From Amphiscolops sp. MND2022 (taxonomy: Eukaryota), in contig OZ076409.1 of the NCBI GenBank assembly GCA_964187785.1, forward strand, positions 15,254,001 to 15,318,000: DNA of 64,000 nt, in the 5' to 3' direction. Positions 14,492-29,047 of this stretch are shown here, one piece after another. The translations under genes were made by a program, and so were the position numbers. The notes under the pieces are model-generated. The model did not search any database and had not been told where the DNA came from. It saw only the letters and a list, made by a program, of their open reading frames with translations. Each line of letters begins with the position of its first letter. Position 1 is the stretch's first letter.

Positions 14492-17400
14492 TGTTTCCAG
14501 AATACATAATTTCATGTTATTTAAGCTTTTCACCAAAGCGGACGTTAAGTCCGCGTGGCCACACTCAATTACAGCACTAGCAGCACTTGTGCGTTAATTT
14601 CACCGTGGCAGACATTCTGTCCACGGAGCGTCACTAATATACTGCACTCTGATTGGTGTAAAATACTTGTACGGCGAGTACAGTGAATTAGAAGAAGCGT
14701 TCATTTGAATGCGTTTCCTCTTCCGCTTACTATTGCATTATATTAATTCATCAATTTACAGACTATCTATTAAATTACGTCAGCATTCTGATACCAAAAC
14801 AGGCACAGGATAAACTACTAAACAGTAAAATACATCCTTGTAGACTAAATTTATTAATTGCACTGAGGCCGCAAGGACCATAAGTCTTTCATGGTGAAAA
14901 TCAAAATGGTAAAAATAGCAACAAAATACATGTAGTTTATATTACCTATTAGTCTTTGCGAGTGTTTAAATGGGAAGAACTCCTGGGGGGAGGGTTAGAG
15001 TTATCTCCTTCCAACCTGATTTGATAAAAACTGCCATCACAGGCGGCAGCCTGCGACAGACATTGCCCGAAAAAAACATGAAACTTCGGCGTCTTCCGGA
15101 TTTTAACTTCACTAAAAAACACTGAAACTTTCACGTTTCGCGGGTTTCAGCTCTCAATTGTTGGAAAAAAAAGAAAAGGGGAACCTATATGTTAAGATTT
15201 GTTTACAATCAGTTTGTTTACAATCAGACTAAACAACTCTCTGTCTATATCAGTTTTGGTGAAGATTGGCAGTTTGACCTCTGCATCTCACATCCCCCCT
15301 CCGGATAAGATCGGTTGTATGTTGTTGTTTGAGGTTGTGATTCCGCATTTCACGTTAGTTTGAAATTTCTCCAGTATTGTCCGTATATTACGGTTCGTCG
15401 GTTCTTCACTGTTGTTTATCTGCGGCTGGTTGTTATGGTTTCCCTGTAAAACACAATAGTTATTTATTATCTTTTTGGTATAGTCGGTATGGTATGGTAC
15501 ACTGCCTAAGTTTTTGAAGAACGTAAATGGGTAATTTCAATTTTTCCCTATACTCACTGTACTGGTCGGTTTTTTGTTTTGTGTGAAGGGCATTCCTCTC
15601 CGGTATTTTCGGATCATTAACTTTCTTCTTGGACATCACCAGCTGGTCGGTTATCTCTCCGGCTGAATTGCATAAACAAGTAAAACTAGCCCCTTAGCAA
15701 AAAGGGACTCTTGAGATGTCTCCAAGAATTTACATCAAAGTTTGTAAACGTCAGTCCCAAAATCATACTTTTTATCCTAAATATTTCAGGTTATACCCGT
15801 TGTTCCCGAAGCTGCAATTGGTATCACTAATGTTGAGAATAAAATTCTGATTTTGCCGAAATTCGAACACCTAAGAATTAATCAATCCGATTCTCAACAA
15901 ACTTATCTGATTTACATAACTATAATCGTTATATCCCATATGATTAAATGCATTTTGTTTGACTCAATGTGGAAAGATAATCACCTCGCCTTAAGCTGCA
16001 TTCGAAACCCCAATTCCTACGTGACAGGACGCGCAAAAAACCGCAAAGAAACTGTTTTTTGACGTTATATCCAAGTTGTATAAAACATTTGATGAATCGG
16101 GAAACGCTGTTTCTGTAGTTCAACCTGAGAAAAAGATATTACTCCGAGCTGGATTCGAAACTACGTCGTCGGCTTCTTATAACAATTTTCTAAAGCTGGA
16201 AAACGTTGACGGTTTGATGTTGATTTTGGTCGATCGATGATAGATTGATAATTCTCCCTTGTCGACGACAAATTTTCTAGCTTTTATCATAGACTTTGTA
16301 TTTATTCATGAAGCTTTTCAATTGCCCACAAAAAACTGGACAGCACAATCTCCAGTTTTGAAAATTGATGGAATCTTATGAAGCATCTCAAAAAGTTTTC
16401 ATAGAAAACACCTAAAAATCTTTAATGAAATTTGGAAATACAAACAGCATGAATTTCACAAGATGAATTGCTTTGGAGAATGAATGACAATACTTTGTAA
16501 TACTTTGGTTTCTGTTAAGTTGCAATGAAGCTTTCTAGTGTACTAGAATCTTTATACTAGAATATTATAATCGCATTTTTGGAACAACAAGACGCCCGCT
16601 GACCAGCTAGATATTTTCCGCCCCATACGGTTCGTTCTACAACTACAAAAACCTGAGGCTCAAAAGCAGTCAATAGACTATGAAAATGGAAAGAAGTTGG
16701 AAGAAAAAAATTTGTTTCATCTTCAAAGAAAACACCTAATTCATGAACACGCTAAGTACCTAAATTGATTTAATGTTGAAGTATGTGGATACCAGTACCT
16801 AACATTACCAAATTTTTATATATTTGCACAAAGCTTCAACAAAAGTGTCAAAAAGTAGACAATTTTGATACTGTCGACTAATTTGGGTCAATTTGAAGAA
16901 CTTTACAAACACGAAACGACAGAAATTTCTTCTAAAAAGCCTACGAGGTATCGAGCTAAGTCGTAGTTGAATGTTTACACCATTCTTAACCACGACATAC
17001 TTCCATACTTTCACAATAAACTGCAAAAAACGTAAGAAACTTCTGGATTTTCGGGTCTTTCTCATGTTTAATTCCTATGTGGGAAACTAGAAAAACTATC
17101 TCGAAAAATTTTCTTAAAAGGTTTGGAAGGCGTACAGCAGAGCGAACGATTTCGCTTGTAGCATATTGAATATAAAATATTTGACAAACATTCTCGGAAA
17201 AACGTTTCTCCTTTTTGAGTGAAAATTTTTAAATATTTCTGCAAATAATATTTTCCAACAACTTTTTTAAACAGTATCGGTAGCTACATGTTCCAATCCT
17301 GAGTCAATGTTTTTTCTAACTAAGGAAAACATTCGAAAAGTGTCAAAAACAAACAATATGCTGTTGAAAATTATGAAAATTCGGAAATTTTCACACGTTT

Positions 17401-17723
17401 GTTGTCAAATTCGAGTAAGTTTATGCCACTTTCTTTACAAAAGATCGTTTTGAATACCCTATTAATTCAATGTTCAGTTCAATGGAAGTTCTTTTCAACA
17501 AAAACGTTTGTGGGTTGAACAAAATCTGGTAGTAATTTAAGAAATTTTTTTTGTGTCTTACGGTGTTTTTTCGGCCATTTCTAACAAAAATTATCATCTT
17601 TTCGAAAACGCCCACTGTATACCGGTGTAGTTGTTGCTGAATTTTGAAAATTCTTAAATGCATAGAAATCGCTCAAAGTTTATACAAAAAGTGCATAAAA
17701 GTTCAAAAACGTCAAAATTCTGA

Positions 17724-18110
17724 TTTTTAGTCGGCGTTTTCGAAGAAAATCCCGACTATTACAGTGGCTAGTTTTTTATTTTTTCGTCAGTTCAACGCGT
17801 AACGTCCACTTTTTGTGCATTAATCCAATTAATGCACATTTACCAACTTTTGCCATATGTACTTAGTACTTCATTTTCAACGCATCCAAAGCGTCTAACA
17901 TGAGATAAAAAGCGTCCCCCCTTTTACATTTTTCGGCACTATGCGACTTACCGGAAACTTCGAAAAAAAATTTCAAAAAAAATTCGGAATTTTTTTTCTC
18001 AATTTTTAGTTTTTTGAGAGCTTTTGTTGTCTCCAGTTGTAGAAAAAGTGGTTTTCGTGTCTTTTTGAGCCTTAGATATGGCGCCGACTTGGGCCGTTCC
18101 CGGCTTGTTT
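17724..18110 (+). mobile_element. HINE-like element, same family as 6703-7246
   Basis: 5' TTTTAGTCGGCG ... CGCCGACTTGG-GCCGTTCCCGGC-TTGTTT 3'; its end is the reverse complement of 6703-6750. Confidence 0.72.
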
Positions 18111-21100
18111 ATTGTTTATTTTGAGTCACAATTTTCATTTATAAAAACTCGAAATTTCTTTTTAAAAACGTTTTGAAGCTAGATATATTACCTGCATCTT
18201 GTTGAAGCTTTTCTCTCACCAAATGCTTTTGTTATCAAATAAAATGTCACTGAAATGTCAAATATCGGCAAATTATTTGACTTTTTTGTGAAAATTGTGA
18301 GGCATTTTCTAGGGAAGTCTGGAGATATGTCTTCGATGAAGCCTACAGGATACCGACCGTTTTCAATATTCTGACAACAAAACATTTCAAAAAGTACACG
18401 GAGGTTGCATAAAAAACGTGAAGAATTCGAAGTTTCACAAGCTGCAACGTTCTCTTCAAAAAGGCGTACAGCATTGCTCGTTCCTTCATATTTGAACATT
18501 TTAGTCCTTTTTTACCATGAAATCTCTCGGAAATTGTACAGAAATTGCATGGAAAACGATAAAAACTGGAAACTTCTGAAAAGTTCGACATTTTCAGAGT
18601 CAAATTGAGGTATTTTTCATGACAAACTATGTTCATGTCTTGACCAAAACCTCCTGGACAACGAATGTTTCTGAACAGTTTTAACATTATCATGCACGAA
18701 GTCATTAAAAACCGAAAAAACTTGAATAAAAATCTTGAAAGTGGAAACTTTGAACTTTTTGTCATTTTCGGTGTCGATTTGAGATTTTTTCCAAAAAAAC
18801 TGCATTCATCTCTTCAGAAAAACCTACTGGACAACAAAGTTCATCCTTGTTGAACGTTTTCAACATTCTACTATACAAAATCTACCAAAAGTTTGGCAAA
18901 AATTGGATAAAAACATTTAAAATTGGGAAATTTTGGACTTTTTTGGGGGTCATTTTGGGTCATTCAGGGGTTATTTTAGTCATACCCAAAAGAATTCAAA
19001 AATTTCTACAAATACATATCGCACGAAGCTGACGTTATGAGAGTTGAATTCTATGGGTGGCATCCTTCAAGTTGAACATAAATTTGGAACATGGCAAATT
19101 TTGTTTCAAACAACGCGGCTGATAGAAGTGTTTTTCTTTCCCATATGGAATATGGCTGGAAAATAACTATGTACATATGATTTCTAAGCTGGTTGTAGTC
19201 AGGCCCACATGCTGTTGTAAATTTTAATAACGTTGAAACATGCGGAAATTCGACTCCTTCATATTATCCCAACTGTAAATGTAGAACTCATATACAAGAT
19301 ATCTGTTCCGGGTATCTAGTTAATAAGGTGTTACATGCAGATGCATCTAAAATATTTCTACGGTAAAAATGAACAACAAAGTCGTTGCACAACAGAAGCA
19401 ACAAAACTTTAAAATTGCATTTTAGAACTACGCAGACGCTTTAAAACGTTCTTTGACGTCTAATGTTTTTCATAAAATCATTCTTAAAAATAAACTGTTT
19501 AGACTCACAACAGTTGTAGTTTCGTCGGTCGGAACAATCTTTAATGAAAGGAGAAGCAAGGTTGATTTCCGTCCAAAGTGTTCTAGCAACGACATAAGTT
19601 TGAGGCTCAAGAATAGCCAATGCACTATGAAAGCACAAAGAAGTTTGACAAAAAAACTAACACTTTTTGATTATTGTTATCCCATTTCAAAAAGAAGCAC
19701 TCGAAAACACAATAACCACTTAGATGTTTTGTTGTCGAATTGTGTGGATATCAAAACCTAACCGACCAAAGTTCATATTTTTGCACGAATAGTCACTAAA
19801 ACGTCAAACTATGGACCCGACTCAAAGAAACTGCCGATGTATTTGCAAAAACGCCTAGTTGACACCGGGTTAAATGCATACACTTATGAAATCGTTCGAA
19901 AAGTTGCACAAAAATTTTTCGATTATTTTGGGTCATTCGGACGTACTTTTCACATACAAAACAGCAAATTTTTAAATGAAAAAACTGCAAAACTAATTAA
20001 AATGTTTAGAGATAATTGAAAATTCTGTAAAACGAAATTTTGGTAAATTTTTACAAAGAGCCAAAATTGTCAAAAAAATGCCAAGTTTTTTTTCGACACT
20101 TTTGAGGTCCTTTTGAGGCTCTTTTCTGAAGTGGAACTGCATTTCACCTTCAAACAGCTTACTGGATACTGCTTTTGTTCGCTATTGAAAGAGTTAGTTC
20201 CCCTCAAAAACGACGAAAATTATTTATGAAAAACGTTAAAAATGGATTTTCCATTTGCGACTGATCGGGGTCCTTTTGGAGTGATTTTGAAGCAAAAAAC
20301 TGCAACTCTCTCTCGAAAAAAGTATACTGCATACCTCTTTCGCGTGTTCGTCGTTTAATGTTTGGAACCTTCTGCGACACAAAAAGCAACAAAAGTTCGA
20401 AACAAATTGCTTGCATGAAAAACGACGTAAGCAAGAAAGTTTCGGTTTTTCGAAGATTGGGGGTTGAATTGAGGCATATTTTATATGGAAACTTGCATTT
20501 GTCTTTCCAAAAGACCTACTGGACTTTCAAATCAAACGTTGATGAAAAGGTTCATAGTTCCAATTGACGAGTTTACTAAACTCAAAATATTTGCGAACCT
20601 TGATGGTTTTGGGGTCATTTTGATACTCTTCCAACATTCAATCGAAATTCAAAAACGTACTCTAAACTGAATTTTTTTGCTGTTGAAGTTTGCAAAAAAT
20701 TCCAACAAAACTCGCATTTCTGAAAAGTTTTGGTTTTTCGACTTCTTTGTGTCATTCTGAGACAATGTTTTACCTGGAAAACTTCAAAATTTTACCTCAA
20801 AATGCGTACTGCCTAGCTTGATAAACCGTCTGCAGCTTTAGAACCGTCTGATCTATAAAACGTTCAACAACCAAGCAATAAAAAAGTCAAAAACTGGACA
20901 GTTTTTTCGACATTTTCGGGTCAATTTGAAATTGTTTCAAGCACATATCTGCAAATGTCCCAACTAAAGTCAAATGGTAGCCATCTGTAATCGTTGTTGA
21001 ACATTTCTAACATATTTACCATCTGAAGGGTTCAAAAATTTGCACGGAAACGTTAGAAAATTCAATTTGTATCTATACATCTTCACTGGTGTCAAATGGA

Positions 21101-24100
21101 AGTGTTGTTGATTAAAAAACTGCAAGTTTTTCTTCAAAAAAAGATACAACATAAATAGTTTGTTTTGTGCGATTGTTTTGAATCTTCTAACCCACATTAA
21201 TTGGAAAGTTTCGTAAATTCGACAATTGTTTGTCAAATTAGCGCATGTTTCTCTCGAAAAAGTGCATTTGTGTCTTCAAAAAGCCTACTGGACAAAAAAT
21301 TCAATTGTTGTTAAACGGTTTCAGAGTTCTAACCCACGAAGCCACTCCAAAAATTGCACAATAATGAATAAAAACGTTGAATGTCTGAAAATTTTGCCTT
21401 CTTGTCTTTTTTACGGTATTTGGGGTCAACCAAGAAAGTCCAAAAACTTCTTTCAATACATATCGCATGATACTAATTTTACGTTAGTTGAATTCCCTGG
21501 GTGAAACCATTTAAGTTGGATATGTATTTGGAACATGTCAAATTTTGTTTAAAAAACGCGGCTGATTTGAATATTTTTCTTTCCCATATGAAGTATATGG
21601 GAAATTAATGGACGGATATTAATGAAGTTTGAAGTACCGTTCCTTGGCAAATTAGCGCTGTTAAATCACAAAACAATAGATCCATTTTCATTCGAACGTT
21701 TCCGTTTTGACGTGTAGTTTTGGTACATAATGTGAAGATTTCAACCATGCCACGCCAAAAATGGTCGGTGCGTTAAGTTCTGTAACTTTTTTTCACTAAA
21801 AAAGAGTTATTTTAGTAAAACTATGAAATAATTTGTTTCTGTGACGTTTCGTGCAATGGATACCCAATGACTTACTGCGCTTGCAAAATTTCGGCCTCAG
21901 TCTATATCTTTTTGGTAACATTATGTATATGCCCACTAGGAGAGACAAAATTTTAGTAGTTGGTGGAAATGGAAAAGTTAAATTTTGAAGACAAAGTTTT
22001 TTTCTGTTGTCTTCCATTTTTTTGTTACACCAGCTGGTCTTGGAATTATGCCATCACGCCACAAATAGCACGAAACATGTGGGTTACCAAGCCATATAGG
22101 CGTCAATTAGAAAATTTTTACCTGGTATTCATTCACACTAGGTAAAGTGTGTTCACACAGAGAATGAAGTGGTTTCTGAAGTCTTCAGTCGTTTTCTGCT
22201 GAAATTGTTTAATCAACTCTGCCTTCTTTATTGAACCGAATGTTCTCAGAAGTTGTTGATGAATTTCTTACAACTACGCTTCAAAAAAGATGCAAAAATA
22301 ACGCCACTTTCAGCACAGACTAGATGTCTCAGAGGTATTGGGTTCTATGAAATATCTTGAAAAACCCACCAAGTCTAGCTGGGTTGCTTTTAACAATATT
22401 AGGCCTTGTGGGGTCGTCGTTTTCAAAATTTCTGAAATTACTTTATCGTTTGAAGTCTCCGATAATTCTATTAGCGATACGAAAACTTGTTCGAGTTTCG
22501 AATATCTTCAATCAATACCGAAATCAGCAGCAACCACTGATACAAATGTTCCAAATTTTGCACTCTTTAAATTTTGCTCCTGAAAACAGCATTTCCGAAA
22601 GCATTTCGACTCTATGAATATGACTATCGTTGAAACTTATCCTTGAAGTTTGAAGTTACATGCCATGATAACATCCTTCGTTTATCACATTTATGGATGC
22701 TATCGTTTATAACATCCAAAACAGCAACTATTGGTTGAACTCTCAGTAAAGATGTGGTATTCAGACTAAAATGGACACAGGGCATTTTGTCTTATGCAAT
22801 ATCAACCGTTCACCATTTCAACTGTTCATCATTTCAACCTTTAGCATTTTCGACCTGCTGGAATTTCAACTAAAACAAAGCTTGACTAATTGATCCTATT
22901 TCTTGATATAATTATTTTTCAGTTATTTCCTTTTCATTTTCAGTTCTAAAATCAAGAACGAGATTTTCTAACCCAGTTTTAATAATCTACGGCAATTTTG
23001 ACTTTTTCATGCTTAATCAACCATAGTTAAACTTGTTGGGTGAGATCTCTTCAGTATTCCTTATAAAATTATCAATCCAACTTTGATCAACTTACAAAAG
23101 ACATTCTAGTTCGTTGTGAAGGGTCCCAATATACAATGGTTCTACTATCATATTGCGGTTTTGCGGCAGAGAGTGCGTGCATTATAAAGGATGAAACTGC
23201 AGTCTTGAATTGAAACGAAACCAATTGAATGAATTAGTTTACATCGGAAGACAAGATGAGTTTCAAACATTTACCTTCAAATTGCTCCCCTGTTCCAACT
23301 TTTGTTATTCCTCTCTCCCAACACAGACCTCCCGGCTCTCTGGTGCTGCAGATCAACTTCCAGCCAGCGTGTACGCCTGGAAGAGTCCCACAGTTCGCGG
23401 CTTCTGGTAAGTTGAAGTGGTTCCATAGTGTGTCCCAATAATTCCAATGCCTGTTCCCTTGATAGAAAACCAATTTTTTCCGAATAATGTTTCTGCTTAG
23501 AAAAGTTAGATTCGAATTATATTGAAAGCATTGCCACAAATACGGCAAAGTATCATTACATTCCAAGGTGGATAAAATCATGGAAATTGAAGAAATAAGT
23601 ACGGCGTATGATGTTTTTTGGAACGATCCTGAGAGGAGATTTTTTGAAAGAGTGCAGACTTCGAAAACCAGGAGACATCATTTGGAGTATATCACGAATC
23701 ATTGGAGAAAGTAGATCTCAAAGTCATTGCTATAGTGTGAGCTATCAATCGGTCTGTTTAATGAGTGGCTTCATGCTTTTCCGCAAATATTCAATATTGG
23801 AAAGGAAAATGAATCTCTCAACCTTCTTTTGCCTCATGTTTTAATGTTATGCTCATAAAATAGAGAAGAGATGCTCTGAGAGATTTCCGTAGCAAATGTA
23901 TTTATTGATAAATTGAAAACGCTTTTTAAAATATTGGCAAAAAAGACCTCAAAAAGGCAAAAATCTTCATACTTTTGAAAGTGGTATGCAATTGTGATTC
24001 ATTTTTTGAACGTTTCCGTGGGTGCTCTGCATACTTTTGCACAAAGAAATGAGAAGTTTTTTGTTGAAAAACGAACAAGAGTCGCAAAAAGTGTCAAAAT

Positions 24101-24799
24101 TCTCAATTTATGAACTTTATCGATATGAACTATCAAATATAAAAACTGACGTTGAAATGATTCACGGCGGAAAAGATTAGCAGGCGTCTTTTTTTTACTG
24201 TTTCAGGGCCAGCTTACCAGTTCAACATTCAAACATCCTCTGAGGTTCTGGAAGATACAAGCACCGATTTGGAGTTGCCTCACTCTCACGTTGTTCATAG
24301 AAAATCGAAATCGCGCAAACTCACATGGACCCAATTGTCTATGAGTGAAAGCGCAATTGACAAAATAGCATCGCTTGTTGACTTGACCGAAACCAGTGAC
24401 AGCTTCAATCCAATGTCGAAACATTACGTCACCAAAAACAACTCAAGGACACTGCAGAAAAGTTGCTGCGCAAGAACGGGGATGTTAAACGATGAAATTC
24501 TTGCTTATGCTGTGTTTTTTTTCAGGAAAAAAAAACTATTCAAAGCTGAAATTGAAGCATTATTTCGATTTTTGCTTTGACATGTGCAAAAAGTGTTCAA
24601 CATGATTGATAGTATCGAACAAGAACGGTGTACACTTGTTATATATTTTTTTCTTTTGCCCAAGGTCCCCTTAACAACTTTCAGCATTGTGAGATTGTTC
24701 AAAATTCATTTTTCGTCTTAAAATTAGGTTTTCTCAGTGACCCAGCACGCTATACCCGAATTTTGTTTTTTTTTTTTTAAAAAAACATAGAGGATTGCT

Positions 24800-24966
24800 A
24801 AGGGTTTTCGGCACTATGCGACTTTTTTTCGAGTTTTCTGTTGTTTCCAGTTGGGGAAAAAGCAATTTTCGAGTCTTATTCGTATCCCTTCGGGTTTTTG
24901 GCACTGTAAAATTGATGAAGTGTCCTTTTGCATATTTCGAAAAACTTTTCCGTTCCCGGCTTGTTT
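24800..24966 (+). repeat. Partial HINE-like element
   Basis: Shares TTTTCGGCACTATGCGACTT and the terminal CCGTTCCCGGCTTGTTT with 17724-18110. Confidence 0.55.
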
Positions 24967-25879
24967 AACATCCCTGTATTCAAGCATCAAAGGGCAGCGA
25001 AAACACTACGAAAACTGACATCAACCCGTATCATTCTTGTACTCTGAGCAGGTGTGAAACGTGCGAGGGTTCCGGCCAACTTCCCTTCCTGTTCAGTATA
25101 GCGCCACCTCCTCCAAATGCTCCCCCGCCGCCAGAAATTAACAAAAGTAAAGATTGTTTCAAAGTTTGTGAACTATTTGTATTAAAGACTAGCTTTTCAT
25201 TGACCAGCTTCAGAAAATCTCGAAATCTGCAGATAATTTGAACAACCAACAGTAAAAATTTCAACAGTTTACAGCAAGTTATACGGATTATCCTTTGTAA
25301 ATTCTCCCACGACGAATATCCTCCCACGACGGATATCCTCCCACGGCGGAAATCCTCCCACGTAAAATATGAAGCAGAAAAGAAAGATAAATTAGACCAA
25401 CACGAAACCTTTAAATACAGGTATCGTTTTAAAACTTCTCAATGTTTGAGCAAAAACGTCCGTCACTTCCGTTATTTTTTCTAACTGAAATCTGACTTGA
25501 AAAAACTACTGCATTCATTGCTTGCATATGCAAAAAACGTTTCGTTAAATAACGATGATGCAACTTGATCATTCATTTCACCCAGTTGTTTCACTGAACA
25601 GAAGCAGAAATAATTTCACTGGAAATAAATTGGGGAAAAATTTGGAACTTTGACAACGCATCTGATCAAATATCAGTCCCACAGAACAATTTTTGCCTGT
25701 AAACTTGAGTGATAAAAATAACTTGATATAAAAAGACCCAGAATGTTGGAAAACATCTAGACTACAAACTTGCACTGATTACCCAAGAACTAAAGATTGA
25801 GTTAGTGAAGTACACGAGTAACTTACAATTATCCCAATTATTGAATTCAATACAGCCGAACTACCTTTCGAAACCCTCG

Positions 25880-26800
25880 AAGCCAACAACGCTTGCCGTT
25901 TAATTCCATTGGACAAGAATCGCGGCGTGAGGCCAATTGGCGAAGGTGAAGAAGTTCGACGAACGTCAACAAAAACGCCGTAGAAAACCTGGAAGAACAC
26001 GCCGCAGCGTTTGGATACCACATTACCAAGTGCCGCCTTAAAACGACAAAGAATCACATTGAAAATGCCAAAAAATATATTCAAGAATAAAGGTGTTGAC
26101 ATTTTGGAAGGCAACCGATTACTAAAATCGGTCTTTGGCAGCGCATCAGCCTCTAAGGACTCAAAACAAATCACTGTCAGAGCACGCATAGACAATTTGG
26201 AAACTCTGACAGCACGCCAGAATAACCCGTCAGAATGTAAATCAAGCGTATAGCAAAGGCATGACGACCAATTAATCTCATTATTACTCCTCCCGAAAAA
26301 ACAAAACTAACATCAGATGGTCCAAATCCCTCGTAGACTGTTTGTGATCCCAAATTTCTATGACAGCTGAGAACATAGAATTAGGCGCGTTACAAAGAAG
26401 AAAAGAAAGAGATGTTGACGGAATAAAATAGATGAAGTGAAAGAACGCTACGGACAACCAGCTCTAGGATCTGCACACGACGTCGGAGAAAGAGGTATCC
26501 AGTTGGCTCAACGCCTTACCCTCCAAAAAGAAGGGTTCTCACTAACCAAAACGGAGTTCCGCGACGGTCTTGCAGTTGGATAAGGATGGCAACCAAAAAA
26601 TATCCCATAATTACGTTTTGCGGAGAACATTTCAATCTAGCGCACGCACTGCACTGTGCCAAAGGAGGAGACAAACATATGCGACATAACGAAGTCCTTG
26701 ACACTTTTGCAAATCTCATGAAAGACGTTCGCTTCGATGCAGAACTTGAACTAAAGTTTCAACCGTTAGAAGGCGAGTTCTTCAGTAACAGAACAACGAA
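25880..26800 (+). mobile_element. Decayed CRE-like (RLE-type) non-LTR retrotransposon fragment
   Basis: LIPLDKNRGVRPIGEGEEVRR (RT motif, ~25900-25960) and CGEHFNLAHALHCAKGG..RHNEVLD (CCHC/RHN pre-endonuclease motif, ORF 26586-26843). Confidence 0.7.
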
Positions 26801-27721
26801 AACTATGAAATTTTCGATTCGACAACCGGTGCAATACTGGTAGAAGGTAGACTGTCTTAGTGGCACCACTGCACAGTATCCCGTGACCTGCATTTCTTTG
26901 CTAGATTCCATTTTACAACTAACAATGTCTAACACAGTGTTAAAACTTCATTATTTGGTAAATTCTCCTTCACTTATCAAGGTTTCATTATTTATTTATA
27001 TGGGACCGTTAGTGACACTGAAATGAGGCTCTGCCGCTTGCCGCGTATACGACACCCTCTTCAACTCTTTCCGACTCGCCCGCCTTTCAACAACGGGCTC
27101 CTCTGACATTTGTTCCTACATGAAAAATGGGTTCCATTACGCACGGTCCTTTTCTCCTTTAGGAAGACAAAAGTAAAAAAGAGTTTAACATAAAAATATG
27201 ATTAGTTCATCAAAACAGCAAATCTCAATTCAAAGGTAAAACAAAAATGAGGAAAAATAGCAATAATTAGCATACTTCTCAGTGAAGTTTGACAAACGAT
27301 TGTTACTAATATAGCGGCGCCGTGAGTGTTAAAATTGATGGTGGCTAACAATGGAACGGAGAAAGATAGAAAAACTCGATGTTTGAACAAAAGATTGAAA
27401 AAACCTCATTATGATTTAATTTAAACTTGCATCAGAACAGAAGCCGGGCCGAATTTCACAGTAAAATTTTTGTGTTTTCCTGACTCTCTGATATACAGTC
27501 TGATATTCTCTACTCTAAGCCAATGTTTTCTAACGATGCTGTGCATCCTAATTCAACTGGACTTTAAGTCATGTGCTCTCGTAGGGTAAACGAAAATTAT
27601 TTCGTTATCTTCATTGTCACAAAATTTGTTTTCTTCTTTCTAGCTTTGAGCAGTAGCAACCCTTTTCTGGCTGACCTGGTGCCCTGTGCTGACAACGAAA
27701 ACAGACAGCCGACGATTCAGA

Positions 27722-29047
27722 ATGTCGGGGATTCAATCAGACGTGGGCGACCGCTCCAAAGTCAGTGCTTACTTGGACTCAAACAATCTAAAGTTTTGTA
27801 AAACCGTCAATTTGAAAAACAAGACGAGAACGTCTAAAGTCGGCGCTATACCTAAGGCTCAAAAAGCGTAGAGCTTTTAAAACATGCTCAGGATGTTTCT
27901 TTACGAAAAGCTCACAAAAAGTCTCATCATCGAAAAACTCAAAAAGGGGGACCATTTGGTCTCTTTTATCATTCAGTTGGGTGCAGAAAATGAAATAACC
28001 GTAAAGGGGACCCTTTGACGACGTTAAACAATTCCAGGAAAATATCTCAATGCCGAAAAACGAGCATAACCAAACCTTCTGAGTTGTCCAGTAACGAAAA
28101 AACTTTGAAAACTATGGTACCTAAAGGTGACACCCTTTGGTAGACCCGAGATTGCTTTCTAGTAAGGTAGGAAGTCCTAGAGAAATTCTGTTGAAAGTGG
28201 AACTTTCAGTGTGAGGTCTGTGGTCTGGAGAAAAAATGTCACTGTAGAGTCGGGCAAAACACCCAAAAACGTTCAAAAATGTTGGAAGGTCTGGAATCAA
28301 GAAAGAACAAAAGTGTTGTCGTAAATGGAGATTATATGGAAGAAAACATCATACAATGTCTATTTTCAGGCAAAAATGAAGCTCGGATGTACAGGAAACG
28401 TGAAATCCCGAAATTGCAACCAATTGAGAAGCCAGACAAAGGAGTCTTGTTCAGGAGTGAGTTACAGATAGAACCTCCCCTGAGGAACACTCGAGGCTCG
28501 ACCCCCACCCTCATTCGTCGCAGTCAAGTTCTGTTCCCCGTTGAGATTGGGTCTTGTGATGATCTGACTACCTCTAATGCAAATGAAGTGTCTCTCAATC
28601 GGTCCAAGGCAGGAATTTCATATATGAGAAGAATTAGCCGCATTTTAGGGGTCCATACATAGTGGGATTTGCTGCAAAAACAGTTTCCATACTAAGAGAT
28701 ACCACGTTTTGATAGTTTACACACAGGTACAGCTATAATTAATGGGAGTTTTAGAGAGTATATTTAACAGTGTGAAACCGATGAAATTCCTGGTATTAGG
28801 AAACGAGGCGACCATTGATAGGGAAGAGTTGTCAGTCCAAATATGGAAGTTCTTTGAACAGACACTCAGTAGTAGACGGGCGATCATGCCTCCGAGAAAC
28901 GCCCAATCACAAGCCAGCAAGCAGTATCGGCTCTAAAGATTCCTTCTCAAACAGACCTTCCTCAACCTATTGCATTCCTTGTGGAAGCAATTCGGCGTCA
29001 ATAGCTCCGTTAGTCATTTGTTCCACCCGTATTCCATATTGGAAAAA
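27722..29047 (+). CDS. Possible upstream exons of the PDZ-PH gene (27722-27797, 28370-28608, 28800-29047), Ser-rich
   Basis: Polypyrimidine-AG acceptors at 27643, 28369 and 28799; phases compatible across a GT donor at 27798 and a GC donor at 28609; no recognisable domain; link to the downstream exons not established. Confidence 0.35.
27818..28256 (-). mobile_element. Divergent HINE-like element
   Basis: AACAAGACGAGAACGTCTAAAGTCGGCGCTATACCTAAGGCTCAAAA aligns with 6703-6750; its other end (GTCACTGTAGAGTCGGGCA) resembles 4261-4280. Confidence 0.6.

Noticed and set aside
17100..24700. Numerous short ORFs and a duplicated segment (~18950-19150 and ~21420-21600)
   Set aside because: AT-rich decayed repeats with no recognisable domain; no product can be supported.
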